This document shows positions 14,872-29,589 of a DNA stretch of 64,000 nt, piece after piece (position 1 is the stretch's first letter; the number at the start of each line of letters is the position of its first letter). The translations under genes were made by a program, and so were the position numbers. Source of the stretch: Eledone cirrhosa (lineage: Eukaryota); assembly GCA_964016885.1 (NCBI GenBank), contig OZ024750.1:45136001-45200000 (forward strand). The letters run 5' to 3'. A model generated the notes under the pieces. The model did not search any database. It worked only from the letters and a program-made list of their open reading frames with translations, and was not told the origin of the DNA.

Positions 14872-16807
14872 AATATAGACATAGAATATTCGAAAATATT
14901 CTGTATGTTTATAATAAACATTTTGAAGACCTAATCGCTATAGAATAGAATACGTCACGTATTACAATTAGATTCTCGATAAAAGCAAGGGAAGTAATCT
15001 ACGCGTTTCATTCTCGTTAGAAATCATCAGGACTACATATCCAGTGCTTTTATCGAGAATGACACAGCTAGAGACTTATAGAATACTTAGCTGTGTACAG
15101 GAACTGGTTTGAAAGAGCGGTTGCCGGTCCGGCAGAAATTAGAAATTGGAATAAATGCTCTGAAATAGCGATATATATGTGAATATAGACATAGAATATT
15201 CGAAAATATTCTGTATGTTTATAATAAACATTTTGAAGACCTAATCGCTATAGAATAGAATACGTCACGTATTACAATTAGATTCTCGATAAAAGCAAGG
15301 GAAGTAATCTACGCGTTTCATTCTCGTTAGAAATCATCAGGACTACATATCCAGTGCTTTTATCGAGAATGACACAGCTAGAGACTTATAGAATACTTAG
15401 CTGTGTACAGGAACTGGTTTGAAAGAGCGGTTGCCGGTCCGGCAGAAATTAGAAATTGGAATAAATGCTCTGAAATAGCGATATATATGTGAATATAGAC
15501 ATAGAATATTCGAAAATATTCTGTATGTTTATAATAAACATTTTGAAGACCTAATCGCTATAGAATAGAATACGTCACGTATTACAATTAGATTCTCGAT
15601 AAAAGCAAGGGAAGTAATCTACGCGTTTCATTCTCGTTAGAAATCATCAGGACTACATATCCAGTGCTTTTATCGAGAATGACACAGCTAGAGACTTATA
15701 GAATACTTAGCTGTGTACAGGAACTGGTTTGAAAGAGCGGTTGCCGGTCCGGCAGAAATTAGAAATTGGAATAAATGCTCTGAAATAGCGATATATATGT
15801 GAATATAGACATAGAATATTCGAAAATATTCTGTATGTTTATAATAAACATTTTGAAGACCTAATCGCTATAGAATAGAATACGTCACGTATTACAATTA
15901 GATTCTCGATAAAAGCAAGGGAAGTAATCTACGCGTTTCATTCTCGTTAGAAATCATCAGGACTACATATCCAGTGCTTTTATCGAGAATGACACAGCTA
16001 GAGACTTATAGAATACTTAGCTGTGTACAGGAACTGGTTTGAAAGAGCGGTTGCCGGTCCGGCAGAAATTAGAAATTGGAATAAATGCTCTGAAATAGCG
16101 ATATATATGTGAATATAGACATAGAATATTCGAAAATATTCTGTATGTTTATAATAAACATTTTGAAGACCTAATCGCTATAGAATAGAATACGTCACGT
16201 ATTACAATTAGATTCTCGATAAAAGCAAGGGAAGTAATCTACGCGTTTCATTCTCGTTAGAAATCATCAGGACTACATATCCAGTGCTTTTATCGAGAAT
16301 GACACAGCTAGAGACTTATAGAATACTTAGCTGTGTACAGGAACTGGTTTGAAAGAGCGGTTGCCGGTCCGGCAGAAATTAGAAATTGGAATAAATGCTC
16401 TGAAATAGCGATATATATGTGAATATAGACATAGAATATTCGAAAATATTCTGTATGTTTATAATAAACATTTGGAAGACCTAATCGCTATAGAATAGAA
16501 TACGTCACGTATTACAATTAGATTCTCGATAAAAGCAAGGGAAGTAATCTACGCGTTTCATTCTCGTTAGAAATCATCAGGACTACATATCCAGTGCTTT
16601 TATCGAGAATGACACAGCTAGAGACTTATAGAATACTTAGCTGTGTACAGGAACTGGTTTGAAAGAGCGGTTGCCGGTCCGGCAGAAATTAGAAATTGGA
16701 ATAAATGCTCTGAAATAGCGATATATATGTTTATTATAAACATACAGAATATTTTCGAATATTCTATGTCTATATTCACATATATATCGCTATTTCAGAG
16801 CATTTAT

Positions 16808-16813
<6 letters not shown>
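14861..16813 (-). mobile_element. Tandem array of six 310-bp hammerhead-containing units plus an ~87-bp inverted terminal segment (retrozyme / Penelope-pLTR-like)
   Basis: 'gaatatagac' recurs at 14871, 15181, 15491, 15801, 16111, 16421 (period 310). Units look identical except ttttgaag->tttggaag in unit 6. 16727-16813 is the reverse complement of the unit junction. (TA)n tracts on both sides. Confidence 0.9.
14972..15060 (-). ncRNA. Type I minimal hammerhead ribozyme (repeated at +310 intervals: 15282, 15592, 15902, 16212, 16522)
   Basis: Minus strand GTAGTC-CTGATGA-TTTCT AACG AGAAT-GAAA-CGCG-TA-GATTAC. Stem I GTAGTC/GATTAC; palindromic helix III ACGCGT; predicted GUA cleavage between 15000/14999. 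Distal 16-bp perfect stem 14972-14987/15045-15060. Confidence 0.88.
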
Positions 16814-16849
<36 letters not shown>

Positions 16850-17158
16850 ATTATATATAAATATGTATATGTGTGTATATATATATGCATAAGATAAGTA
16901 TATACGTTCAACAATCTGGCAGGAGGGTATACGTTGCTGACGATAGCTAATAAGCTTGAAACTAGTACAGCGTTCCTTTGTCAGTGTTGAACAAACGAGC
17001 AACGATGGTTGCTAGACTACGGCTTAATGCGGGATGTTTGTTTACAAACACACCGAGCATTATAATAAATGTTCTGTGAATCCATACGCACATGTATATA
17101 TGTGAGCATGTATATACATACTACTGTACGTCTGTATGAACGTATGTACGTGTACATA

Positions 17159-17231
<73 letters not shown>

Positions 17232-17262
17232 ATCATATATTTGATAAATTATATATATATAT

Positions 17263-17547
17263 TATATATTTAAGGATCTGTTTTTCTTTTTTCTTCTTTG
17301 ATTCGTCAAAGTGATATTATTAAAATAATGAGAGGGACAATTTAAAAAAAAGAAGAAGACTTTTATAACGTATATATAATATATAAAACATAACCGGTTT
17401 CGATGTATCAGTATGGACCATGTTATCAAATGGAGAATATTACTATATTAAAGAATTTTAAAAAATAAACAAGAATAAAACATTTTTTCAATAATGTTAC
17501 TTTGACGAATCAAAGAAGAAAAAAGAGAAACAGATCCCTAAATATAT
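17263..17547 (-). mobile_element. Family E inverted-repeat element with a degenerate hammerhead (17389-17433)
   Basis: Arms ~17263-17330/17480-17547; minus strand TTGATAA-CATGG...CATC-GAAA-CCGG-TT-ATG. Confidence 0.6.
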
Positions 17548-17569
17548 TTTCCATGCTACTTCCAATTCC

Positions 17570-17631
<62 letters not shown>

Positions 17632-17635
<4 letters not shown>

Positions 17636-17898
17636 CTAGTAACACAACAGTTCACCATACCGAGAAGAATTGTTTCACCTTTTCACCTCGGACTGGTCAT
17701 GGTTATACCATTTGGAAAGAGAGATATATTTTAACTTTAATTATATCTCATAAAATAATACAACTGGCCTTTCCACATAATACATATTGTTAGCACCCCA
17801 AACACTTAAATTGGGTTTATATTAAAATATAACCTAATGTTTGCTGAGTGAGATGGTTACCAGTCAGAGATTAGCTTTAAACTATCTCTGTTATTGTA

Positions 17899-17903
<5 letters not shown>
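17632..17903. mobile_element. Family F TA-flanked element
   Basis: 17710-17903 matches the reverse complement at 41273-41463; 17651-17681 matches the hammerhead-adjacent sequence at 57720-57750. Confidence 0.75.
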
Positions 17904-17935
<32 letters not shown>

Positions 17936-17941
<6 letters not shown>

Positions 17942-18038
17942 AAGTTATATTTAAAATTGTTGGGTTACAACTAGTAAATATTTATAACTGATATAAAAGC
18001 ACTCGACAAATACTTGGAGTATATTTACAATATTAAAT
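17936..18038 (-). mobile_element. Family G tail fragment
   Basis: Reverse complement of 55697-55798. Confidence 0.75.
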
Positions 18039-18334
18039 ATGTGATAATTGCTGTTAAAATATTCAGGGATTAATTAAATAAGTACTTAATACTGGTTTCT
18101 AGAGGGTAAACTTTAATTTCTAAACAGAAAATGGCCAGGAACATCAACGTTTCAGCAACGTTGCTTCACATGGGCCTGTCTTATGATGGTATTACATTTC
18201 TTCATGCAGGTATAACTAGTAGAGTATTATTGAATATATTAAAAACTATATTTTCCCCTATATTTCTACAATATTTTTCAGACATATTACTCTGGGTAAT
18301 ATAAGCAAGATAATTTAAAACTGTTTTTTGTTAT

Positions 18335-18950
18335 AATAATTGTTTCTACTTTTGGCACAAGGCCAGCAATTATCCCACTGAATTACTGGTACTTTAATTT
18401 ATCGACCCCGTAAGGAAGAATGGCAACGTTAACCGCGACGGGATTTGAACTCAGACTGCAAAGGTCCGTAACTCTATACGTCAAAGCATGTCGTCCGACA
18501 CTCAACCGATACTGCCAATCCCCGCACTTGTTTTGTTATAATAATAATAATGGTTTCTGATTTAAGTACAAGGCCAACAATTTGAAGGGGGCGAGGAAAG
18601 TCGATTAAATTGAACTCAGTACGTTACTGGTGCTTTATTTTATCGACCCCGTAAGGACGAAAAGCAAAGCTAACTTCAGCGGGATTTGAACTCAGAACGT
18701 AAAGGGCCGTAAACCTATGCCGGAACGCATGTTGTCCTAAGATAATAATAGTAACAATAATAATTGTCTCTACTTTAGGCACAAGGCCAGCAAATACACA
18801 GTGCATTACTGGTACTTTATTTTATCGACCCCGTAAGGATGAAAGGCAAAGTTAACCTCGGCGGGATTTGAACTCAGAATGGAAAGGGGCGTAACTCTAT
18901 GCGTCAAAGCATGGCGTCCGACCCTCTACTGATACTGCCAATCTACCATC
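18335..18950 (-). mobile_element. Three head-to-tail family 1 SINEs
   Basis: Copies at ~18335-18525, 18548-18735, 18760-18950. Confidence 0.85.
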
Positions 18951-19145
18951 CTTAGTAACAATAATAGTAATAATAATAATAATTGTTATTCTTATTGATA
19001 TGTGTGACATTACATAAATGGACATATCTTTATTGCAATACAATTGCACAGACACATGCACACGTTCCTCTAACTGTATACACAAACGCACACACTGACG
19101 CTTTCACACACACACGCTGACGCTTTCACATACACACACACACAC

Positions 19146-19187
<42 letters not shown>

Positions 19188-19192
19188 ATATT

Positions 19193-19224
<32 letters not shown>

Positions 19225-19268
19225 CATATATATATATAAAAATATATTTATATATATACATATATATT

Positions 19269-19362
<94 letters not shown>

Positions 19363-19363
19363 C

Positions 19364-19426
<63 letters not shown>

Positions 19427-19496
19427 TATATATGTATATATATAAATATATATATATATAGAGATAGATATACACTCACATATATATACATATATC

Positions 19497-19544
<48 letters not shown>

Positions 19545-20205
19545 AATATATATATATTTATATATATCTGTGTGTGTGTGTGTTTGTGTGTGTGTGTGGA
19601 TCGATGAATCTATGTTGGTTGAAGGAATTTGTCTTCTTGGAAATACTATATATCTGGCAATTGTTCAAAATATTCGATTTCGTTTAAGGTACATTGTCTG
19701 TCAAATAGAACATGTAGAATTAACCGATCTTTTCAAATGTTTTCTTTCTTTTTAATGCTACAAAATATATTTGGCTTCTATTTAGGGAAGACAAAAATGT
19801 AAAATGTAATGAATTCATACACTTACACTTCAGATTCTCTATATAATACATATATTTGCGTGGCTGCGTTGTGTGTGGATATTTATGTAGATATTATCTA
19901 TTTTTGAACCATGTGTATTTTCTTAAGAATCGTTTGATTTAGAGGGGACGGGAGAATAGAAAGAAATAGCACTAAAATGTTATCAAAGATATATATATTT
20001 AGATGTGAAGTTAGAGGCTTGTAAAAATAATAGGAAAAAGCCGTTTGTAAAAATGGCTGACGTCTGACAGCTTTTTCATTCTCTTAGAAGTTATTTACGT
20101 ACTATTTCTGTATTTATCCCATATCTATCTTGATGCATCACCCTACCAGACCCATATATACATACACACATATACATACATACACACACACGCATATATA
20201 TATGC

Positions 20206-20237
<32 letters not shown>

Positions 20238-20321
20238 GAATGTAAGGTATCATCACCTATATATAGTATATGTATATATAATATTTATGTATATATAATA
20301 TTTATATATATATATATATAA

Positions 20322-20369
<48 letters not shown>

Positions 20370-20686
20370 ATAAAGTAGCTTTTTTTATATTTTGTGCTGT
20401 GGTGGTATTTTTTTTTTCTAATAATTATATGAATAGGTTGCGTACTCATTCTTATGTGTATGTGTATGTGTTTTTAGTATTAGAGTGTTATATATATAAT
20501 TATAACGCGGTTACAACCAATTTAGCTGTCAGAATTTTTAGATTCGCGTACCTTTGTCTATTTTGCGCTTGTATCGAATTGTATCTACATCTATTGATCT
20601 ATATCGATATACATACACATATACATACATTCCTATACTTACTGGCACACATGTACAAACTAATTCACATGTACATACTCCTAAAT

Positions 20687-20763
<77 letters not shown>

Positions 20764-21274
20764 CATGTATGTATCCATGTATCTGTGCATTATATAAATA
20801 TGCTTACAATATGTGGTTTAAAAATATGTAAAATATTTCTACTTTCCACCCAAGAACAGTCACAAAAGAATCTTTGCAAAGCCCCCCGCCCCATATATGT
20901 ATATATATATTTATATACTTATACATACATAAGTATATATATATATATATATACATATATATACATATATATATACGTATATGTGTACGTTTTTGCGCAA
21001 ATCAATCTTTATGATTACTCTTTGGTTGAATGAGTAACCATCTTGGATATGATTAAAGTAAGTGTTGAACGAGATATAAATAATATTGGAAAGATAAAGA
21101 TATCGAGAAAAGGGCACCGATTGGGAATCGAACCTTTATATTCTACATACTTACATTTGTAAACAATTACTACATGTCGAAATAGCTATAACAACGAACT
21201 GATCCATCTCGTATCGCAAGGTGAATCTATAAATGTTATCAATGCGACCCTGTATAACGATACATTTGATATAC

Positions 21275-21750
<476 letters not shown>

Positions 21751-22006
21751 GTTGCTACAGTCGTATTATAAGAAGAAACGAGGAAGTTTCTTATTTATCT
21801 GCTTTCTCAGTTTGCTAGTCATAGCAGCCTAATTTCCCTCACCTCACTTCTTATTACCTTAAATGTGGAAGGATATATTGGGTAATATATCCTCCCATGA
21901 GGAAATGGCGGGATAGGCTACGGATGTGACAGCTTTTGTCTTAGTTCTTCTCAATCAGACTAAACCTTGTTCAACATTAAACAATAAAAACAATAAGCCC
22001 CAAAAT

Positions 22007-23140
22007 AATAATTGTTTCTAGGTTTGGCACAAGGCCAGAAATGAACCAGTGCATTACTGGTACTTTATTTTATGGAACCCGTAAGGATGAAAAGGCAAAA
22101 TTAACATCGGCGGGATTTGAACTCAGAATGGCAAGGGCCGTAACTCTATACGTCAAAGTATGGCGTCCAACGCTCTACCCATACTGCCAATCCCAAAAAT
22201 ATTAATTGTTTCTAAGTTTAGCACAAGGCCAGCAATTAACTTTATTTTATTGACCCCGTAAGGATGAAAGGCAAAGTTAACCTCGGCGGGATTTGAACTC
22301 AGAATCCCAACAACAATAATTGTTTCTACTTTTGGCACAAGGCCAGCAATTACCCAGTGCATTACTGGTACTTTATTTCATCGACCCCATGAGGATGAAA
22401 GGCAAAGTTAACCTTGTTCGTATTTATAGGCACAAGGCCAGTAATTTGGGGGGTCGCGAAAGTCGATTAAATCGACTCCACTGCATTACTTGTACTTTAT
22501 TTTATCGACTCCGTAAGGATGAATGGCAAAGTTAACCTCAGCGGGATTTGAACTCTGATCATAAAGGTCCGTAACTCTTTGCTGCAAAACATGGCGTCCG
22601 ACCCTCTACCGATACTGCCAATAATAATCTATATATATAAGGAAATAGTAGGGGCGCCGTATTGAAATACGGCATTTGTAGTGTATTCTTTATACCTGGT
22701 GGAACCCATCTCCTCTCCAGTTATGCATACAATATACTTTTTCCAGAAAATGATAGAATGAAAACATGGAAGAAACACAGTCAAAGAATCAACCCCAGTA
22801 CCTGACTGGTACTTCTTTTAATCGACCTTGAATGGATGAAAGGCAAAGTTGACCTCATGGTGAAGAGCCGAAACGAATACCCCAATCAATCTATCCGACG
22901 AGCTAACGACTTTTCCGATTTGACGACTATACACTAATCATAGTCATTGACAATCTAGGCACAAACAAGCAGATTGAGGAAATGATAAAATCGATTCAAT
23001 AGACCAAAATTCATGAGAAGTATTTCTTTTTATCGATCCCAGTATAATGGAAAGCAACATTGATAATGGTAGGATTTGAAATAACAACCCAAAGGACCAG
23101 AACGATTAAGTGACAATATTCTAACGATTGCCATTTCGCG
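22007..23140 (-). mobile_element. Cluster of ~6 family 1 SINE copies/fragments
   Basis: Repeated ggcacaaggccagc...atcgaccccgtaaggatgaaaggcaaag...gatttgaactc; older copies at 22788-22925 and 22955-23140. Confidence 0.8.
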
Positions 23141-23173
23141 GCCTTTCTTTCACCATCTTGAATTGTTAATAAA

Positions 23174-23390
23174 GGCGGTGGATTAGCTGTATCAGTAAAG
23201 CGTCAGCCATCATGCTTTGTTGCATATACTTTCGTCCTTTTACGTTGTGAGTTCAAATCCCACCGAGGTTAGCTTTACCATTCATGCTTACGGGGTCGAA
23301 AAAATATAGTACCAGTAACGCCTTCAGGTCGATATAATTCAATGTCCCCTTCTCCAAAGTTGTTGGCCTTGTGTCTAGATCAGAAGCCAC
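23174..23390 (+). mobile_element. Family 1 SINE (long variant)
   Basis: ggcggtggattagc...gagttcaaatccc...ggccttgtg. Confidence 0.75.
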
Positions 23391-24232
23391 TACCAAATAG
23401 TAATAAACATACCCAGGTTTGATTATAGGATTAAACATTTAGATTTACAGATACGGGGTTTCAGGTTTGATCCCATTATACAACAACGTGTGTGAGTGTC
23501 CTCTGACATAACCTCGGAGCGACCAAAACGTCGCGAGTGAAAATTGTGATACGGAATATATATTGAAGCTGGCCGATGGGAGATGCACTGCGTTTATATG
23601 ATTGACGTAATTTGATGCTCGTTGTAACACCCCTCCTGGCTTTTGGGTACCAATGGAAGGTTCCACTCTGTTGAATGACACTCCCTGCATAAGGTTTCTA
23701 TTATACGCAGCCGACAATCAAAGCTTTGCGTAATTGGTAAACGAAAGCTGCATAGATTTTTATGGATAGATTCTGCCTCATCCTGTCTGGTTTAACCTTT
23801 AGAAACAGAACGGCCTGAAACCGTAATTTAAAATGATTATATTTATCTAAATAAAATTAAAAAAATAAATATTACGTAAGAACATTTATTTAGTTAGGTT
23901 AAAAAACAACTGATTTATAATGCGAAATTACTTTATATTACGAAATCATTCAAGATTCTATATTTTCAAAATCATTTCACAGTTGTATGCAGTGTCTTTC
24001 TTTAGAAATAGTGTCAGAAAAGGGGTAACACGAAATTCTAGAATTTGGGAGATTTTTGTGGAGCCAATTTTGTTGTGAAAAATAACGCTAGCGCTATGAG
24101 GATCAATTCTTTCTTCTCAATAGCATTGAAGGACAAGAGTCGGGGAGATTGCTACTCCACTTCCTAAGCCATTAACCCACTACCCCATGGAAAAAAAAAA
24201 CTAAATATATTTTTTATATAAATTAACAATAA

Positions 24233-24412
24233 ATAATTGTTTCTACTTTAGGCACAAGGCCAGCAATTACCCAGTGCATTACTGGTACTTTATTTTATCG
24301 ACCCCGTAAGGATGAAAGGCAAAGTCAACCTCGGCGGGATTTGAACTCAGATCGTAAAGGGACGTAACTATGCTGGAAAGCATGGCGTCCGACCCTCTAC
24401 CGATACTGCCAA
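24233..24412 (-). mobile_element. Family 1 SINE (young short variant)
   Basis: Near-identical to 43115-43295. Confidence 0.9.
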
Positions 24413-24504
24413 ATCATTTGTGTTTAGGCCCAAAGATAAATGTTCTTCCTGCCATGTCAGTAATAACTCTATTTATAATCTTTGGATAGTATACTTCATT
24501 ATTT

Positions 24505-24610
24505 TGAGGTTCAGGGTTCGATTCCCCTTACGTGGAATATTTACCAGTCACTTGTGTTAAGCCGAACTAAATAAGTAAAATTGGGTAGACGGAAACTGCA
24601 TAGAAGACCA
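24505..24610 (+). mobile_element. Degenerate second tRNA-derived SINE family
   Basis: B-box GGTTCGATTCCC followed by ...ggtagacggaaactg..agaag; related pieces at ~23455-23570 and ~38145-38255. Confidence 0.5.
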
Positions 24611-25662
24611 TCTGCTAGAATCTAGATTATAACTGCAAATCAAAGAAGGCTGAGGCTTACCGATATACAAAGTTAATTGTATTTTATCAGGCTGAATTCT
24701 GTTTGGAAATTATGTTAAGTGCATTCGACTCTTACATATCTAATCAAGAGTAGGGCTTTCAGTCCCTACCCCTGCCAATTGTTCTGTGGCACTACAGTCC
24801 TTGCCTTTCCCTTCGTTTTCTGTTATTTTTTTATATTTTCTTATTTTAAAGTCCATTCTTTCTTCTCAATTAACGAAATACAATTAAATTAAATATCCTA
24901 AATATAATTACTGAATGCTCATCTTCAAAATTCATGGAGGACCCATCATCCAGTGTATGGATATATTAGGAGGATGGAGGGACTTGAGCGCTATTTCTAG
25001 CAGAGCTGGTGATCACAGGGAGGATACCATCGTTGTGATTTCTGACAAATGTTGGCCATTGAAGTTTATTAAATTTTTTGCAGCAAAAATAGTTTATAGT
25101 TCTCACTTCCAACATTTCCTGTCAGCATTCCTTAGTGTGTATGTATGTGGGGTTTGTGTGTGCGTGTGTGTGTGTCTGTCTGTCTGTGTGAATGTGTGTG
25201 TGTGTGTGTCTGTCTGTCTCTATATGTGTGTGTGTGAGTGTGTGTGTATGTCTGTGTGTGTGTCATTGTTTATCTAGGTGTACATGTATCTGTATATGCA
25301 GGTACGTGGTTGTTTGTGCCCGTGTGCTTGTATGTGTATGTGTGTGTGTATGTGTACATGTATGTATATATGCATGTACGTTGGTGTTTGTGTATGTGTG
25401 CTTGTATGTGTGTGTATATGCACATATATGTATATATAGAAGTACGTGGGTTTTTGTGTCCGTGTGCTTGTATGTGTATGTAGATATATGTATATATGCA
25501 ATTACGTGAGTTATTTAGTCCGTGTGTTTATGTGTGTGAGATATAAAGGCGAAAATATTGACCGAAGTTTAACCAGGTTTCCAAAGTGACACTTTCTTAA
25601 ATCTTATCTTATCACATCTTTCACTGTCATTCGCTGTCATCAGTGACTCTTTCTTTCTTTCT

Positions 25663-25663
25663 T

Positions 25664-25702
<39 letters not shown>

Positions 25703-26089
25703 TATTTTTATTGTTGTACTTGTTGTTGTTGGTGGTGTTGTTATTGGTGGTGGTGATGTTGTTGTAGGTGGTGGTGGCGTTATTTTTGTTGGTGGTGGAG
25801 GTGTTGTTTTTATTGTTATTGTTGTGCTTGTTGTTGTTGTTGTTATTGTTGTTGTTGCTGTCGTTGTTCTACTTCTGCTCCCTCTCCTTCTCCATCATCA
25901 CCATCTTCTTCTTCTTCTTCTTCTTCTTCTTCTTCTTCTTCTTCTTCTTCTTCTTCTTCTTCTTCTTCTTCTTCTTCTTCTTCTTCCCACATCACTTTCT
26001 TTTCAGACAGTCAATCTTTCCGATTTTTTTCTCCCTTTCGATTTCTGCTTTCCTCACCACTTCCTCATTGTTCCCACCCATTCTTTCAA

Positions 26090-26180
<91 letters not shown>

Positions 26181-26181
26181 A

Positions 26182-26220
<39 letters not shown>

Positions 26221-26233
26221 TTATCTATCTATC
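25663..26233. repeat. (GTT)n, (CTT)n and (TCTA)n microsatellites
   Basis: Direct inspection. Confidence 0.9.
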
Positions 26234-26311
26234 TGTCAGTGAGGCTTTCTGTCTATCTACATATCTTTCTATTTATATATTCATGTATCAGTCTGCCTCG
26301 GTACATATCTC

Positions 26312-26414
<103 letters not shown>

Positions 26415-26500
26415 GTATGTATATATATATATATATGTATGTATATATATATACATGTATATACATATACATGTATGTATATATATACATGTATATACAT

Positions 26501-26556
<56 letters not shown>

Positions 26557-26617
26557 GTATATATATATATGTATGTATATATATATATACATGTATATAC
26601 ATGTATATGTATATATG

Positions 26618-26649
<32 letters not shown>

Positions 26650-26811
26650 TATATACATACATATATATAATGTATAGGGCGGTGCGCCAGCATGGCCTTA
26701 GCCGGCTGGCTGAAACAGGTAAAAAAAAGAAGAGAAGAGTATATATTTATATATATATATATATATATATACATATATATATGTATCAGGCTGCCTCTGT
26801 ACATATCTCGG

Positions 26812-26945
<134 letters not shown>

Positions 26946-27478
26946 GTATATATATATGTATATATATTATGTATATATATATGTATATATATACATAATA
27001 TATACCGCTCTGTCTATCTCTATGACTGTTTACCTCTTCGGAGAGATTAATAACAAGCAAAAACAAAACAATAAACAACAAAATGGTGTAGTTGGACCAG
27101 CCTTAACAAATGTCTAGTCCCACAAAGGGAACCATACAGAAAAAAAGACAAGAAGAAAAGCAAAACCAAAGCAAATACATCAACAAAAAGACAATAGGGC
27201 TGAAAGATTATGGAGAGACGTGTGAAAAAGTTACGTTCTTTTGATAATAGGGGGTTCCGACGTTGCAGTCAACAACAGCAGCAACAACAACAAAAATGGC
27301 GACCAAGATGAAGTCGCCACTCCTAAACTGTTCAAAATAAATAAATATAAAACAGTGAAGAAGGAGAAAGAGGGAGAGAGAGAGTGAGGGAGAGAGAATT
27401 GTGACAGAGAGAGAAAGAAGTGTGTGAGAGAGAGAGAGAAAGAGAGAGACAGACGTGAGAGAGAGAGAAAGAGAAAGA

Positions 27479-27531
<53 letters not shown>

Positions 27532-28417
27532 GAGAGAGAAGTGTGACAGAGAAGAAGATGGTGTGATTCAAAGAGGATGAGAGTGGGTGGAGTGTGAGAG
27601 TTAGAAAGAGGAGGAGAGAATGAGGAGGAGAGAATGAGGATGAGGGACTTGAGGTGAGAGAAAGAACGTCTGGCAGAAAGACGTGACAGGAAGAGACGAC
27701 GAGAGAAGGAAACAGAGTGAGAAAGAGAGTAAAGGAGTAAGAAGAAAAATGTCGAAGTTAAACGAGATAAAGAACGTGAGAACGCGAGAGTGTGAAGGCA
27801 TGAGAAGGTGACCTTTAATGTTAAGACCAATACTGTGTAAATATAATAAGATATAACCACGGGCATAATTAATGACTGCTCCTTTTTTACCCATTCTGGG
27901 GTCTGTTTATCTTTGTTTATTTCTATCTCTTATCTCATTCTTAATCTTTCTACCATCTATCCATTGAAACAACACAAACAAGGAACACAACAACAACATA
28001 TACAATTATTCAACATGAGACTTTCTATGGCGGTCGACATTGGATCTACTAAAAAAATAAGAAGAATATAGTAGCCGAATCTTCCTCAAATCACACCTCG
28101 CTGGCTTGAAAAAAATATCAGCAAAAATCAACACAACGACAGATTGGACAATGAAGTCTTTGATATATACAAGAATACAGCATGGCGGTTAAGGCTGGAA
28201 TGGTTTTAATCATAGTTCTCCTCGATGATGAAGGTCTCCAAGGTAAATAACAACACCCCAAAATATATAATTATACAGGTAAACATTAATCTCTCACAAA
28301 CACAGAGTCTGGAAGAAAAACATGTTAAATAAAACTATATTATCATATAATATCATGCGAGAATTAAGACGTTTCTCTCTCTCTCTCTCCCCTCTCCCCT
28401 CCCTATCTCTCTCACCT

Positions 28418-28485
<68 letters not shown>

Positions 28486-28596
28486 TAGAACCTTTCGCCG
28501 TATTTTTTTTACTAAAGTTATTTTAGCCTGATATGAGGGGTTTAGAACCCTCTAAGAAATGGAAAAAGATGAAGATTGGCAAACATGTCATATATA

Positions 28597-29243
28597 ACTT
28601 TAAATTAAGTCTGGCAAACCATATTGCTGTAGTTAGTATTTGTTCACCCTAGCAAACCTGGTCCTTACAATTCGGACACATGTATGTTTATATTAGTGTT
28701 CATCTCTCTTGTATATTCAATTATATTATATTACAGGTCTCGGAAAAGCTTTTTTCTTAGAGCTATTTAATTGTAAGAGACTACATTGAGTTTCTAACTC
28801 AGTATATATTTGTCGGCTCCATCATGTAGAGCTAATTTTAATGTCGTGTTAACGAGGCTGCTATTTTTAGCGGCACATGTTTTCGAGACAAGCTAGGCTC
28901 TGAAGACACGTGCGTTATTTCATATCGCACACCATTCAATCTCCTAATATTTTCAGAAGTGGAAGGATCGCTAATTTCTTGACACTTACTGATGAACAGA
29001 GAAATGGTGATGACTTCGCTTAATATGATTTTGCGAAAGAGTCTCTATAACTGTCTAGGAGTTTCCAGGCAGTTGCCCAATATAGGTTTGTTATTATTTT
29101 TCTTAATTTACTACTTTAAATTAAGTCTGGCAAACCATATTGCTGTAGTTAGTATTTTTACAACCTAGAAAACCTGGTCCTTAAAATTCGGACATATGTA
29201 TGTTTATATTAGTGTTCATCTCTTTTGTATATTCAATTATATA
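28597..29243. repeat. ~130-bp direct repeats 516 bp apart within a TA-bounded segment
   Basis: actttaaattaagtctggcaaacc...ttcaattata at 28597 and 29113. Confidence 0.8.
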
Positions 29244-29350
29244 GTATTATATATATATATTTATATATATATATATATAAATATAAATTCAATTATTTTT
29301 GTTTGAGATCCCTGTGTCCGCTTATCGCCAGGGATATTAGCAGAGAATTG

Positions 29351-29427
29351 ACTCCCTGATGAAGAAGGAATTCTCCATGGTTTTGAACACTATGTATATC
29401 CCCTTTCAGAAACTAATTAGTTGGAGT
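29351..29427 (+). ncRNA. Type I hammerhead ribozyme
   Basis: ACTCC-CTGATGA-AGAAGG...CCTTTCA-GAAA-CTAATTAG-TT-GGAGT; perfect 5-bp stem I; palindromic helix III AACTAATTAGTT. Confidence 0.78.
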
Positions 29428-29475
29428 GAAACTTAAGTAAGTAAGTTAATTATTATAATTTTCTTATTTTACGTC

Positions 29476-29573
<98 letters not shown>

Positions 29574-29589
29574 GGGGAGAGTAGAATAG

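Noticed and set aside
14861-16730. Array as a CRISPR, 5S rDNA or snRNA cluster
   Set aside because: Units are identical without spacers and show no recognisable 5S, snRNA or tRNA sequence.
21100-21175. tRNA-like B-box on the minus strand (also ~3200-3225 and 53455-53528)
   Set aside because: No intact cloverleaf; probably decayed SINE heads.
27280-27900. AAAATGGCG, AAAGGTCA and TAATTA motifs as an enhancer/promoter
   Set aside because: Short motifs expected by chance; no supporting context.
28896-29015. CTGAAGA and CTGATGA motifs
   Set aside because: No correctly placed GAAA/helix III/stem I.
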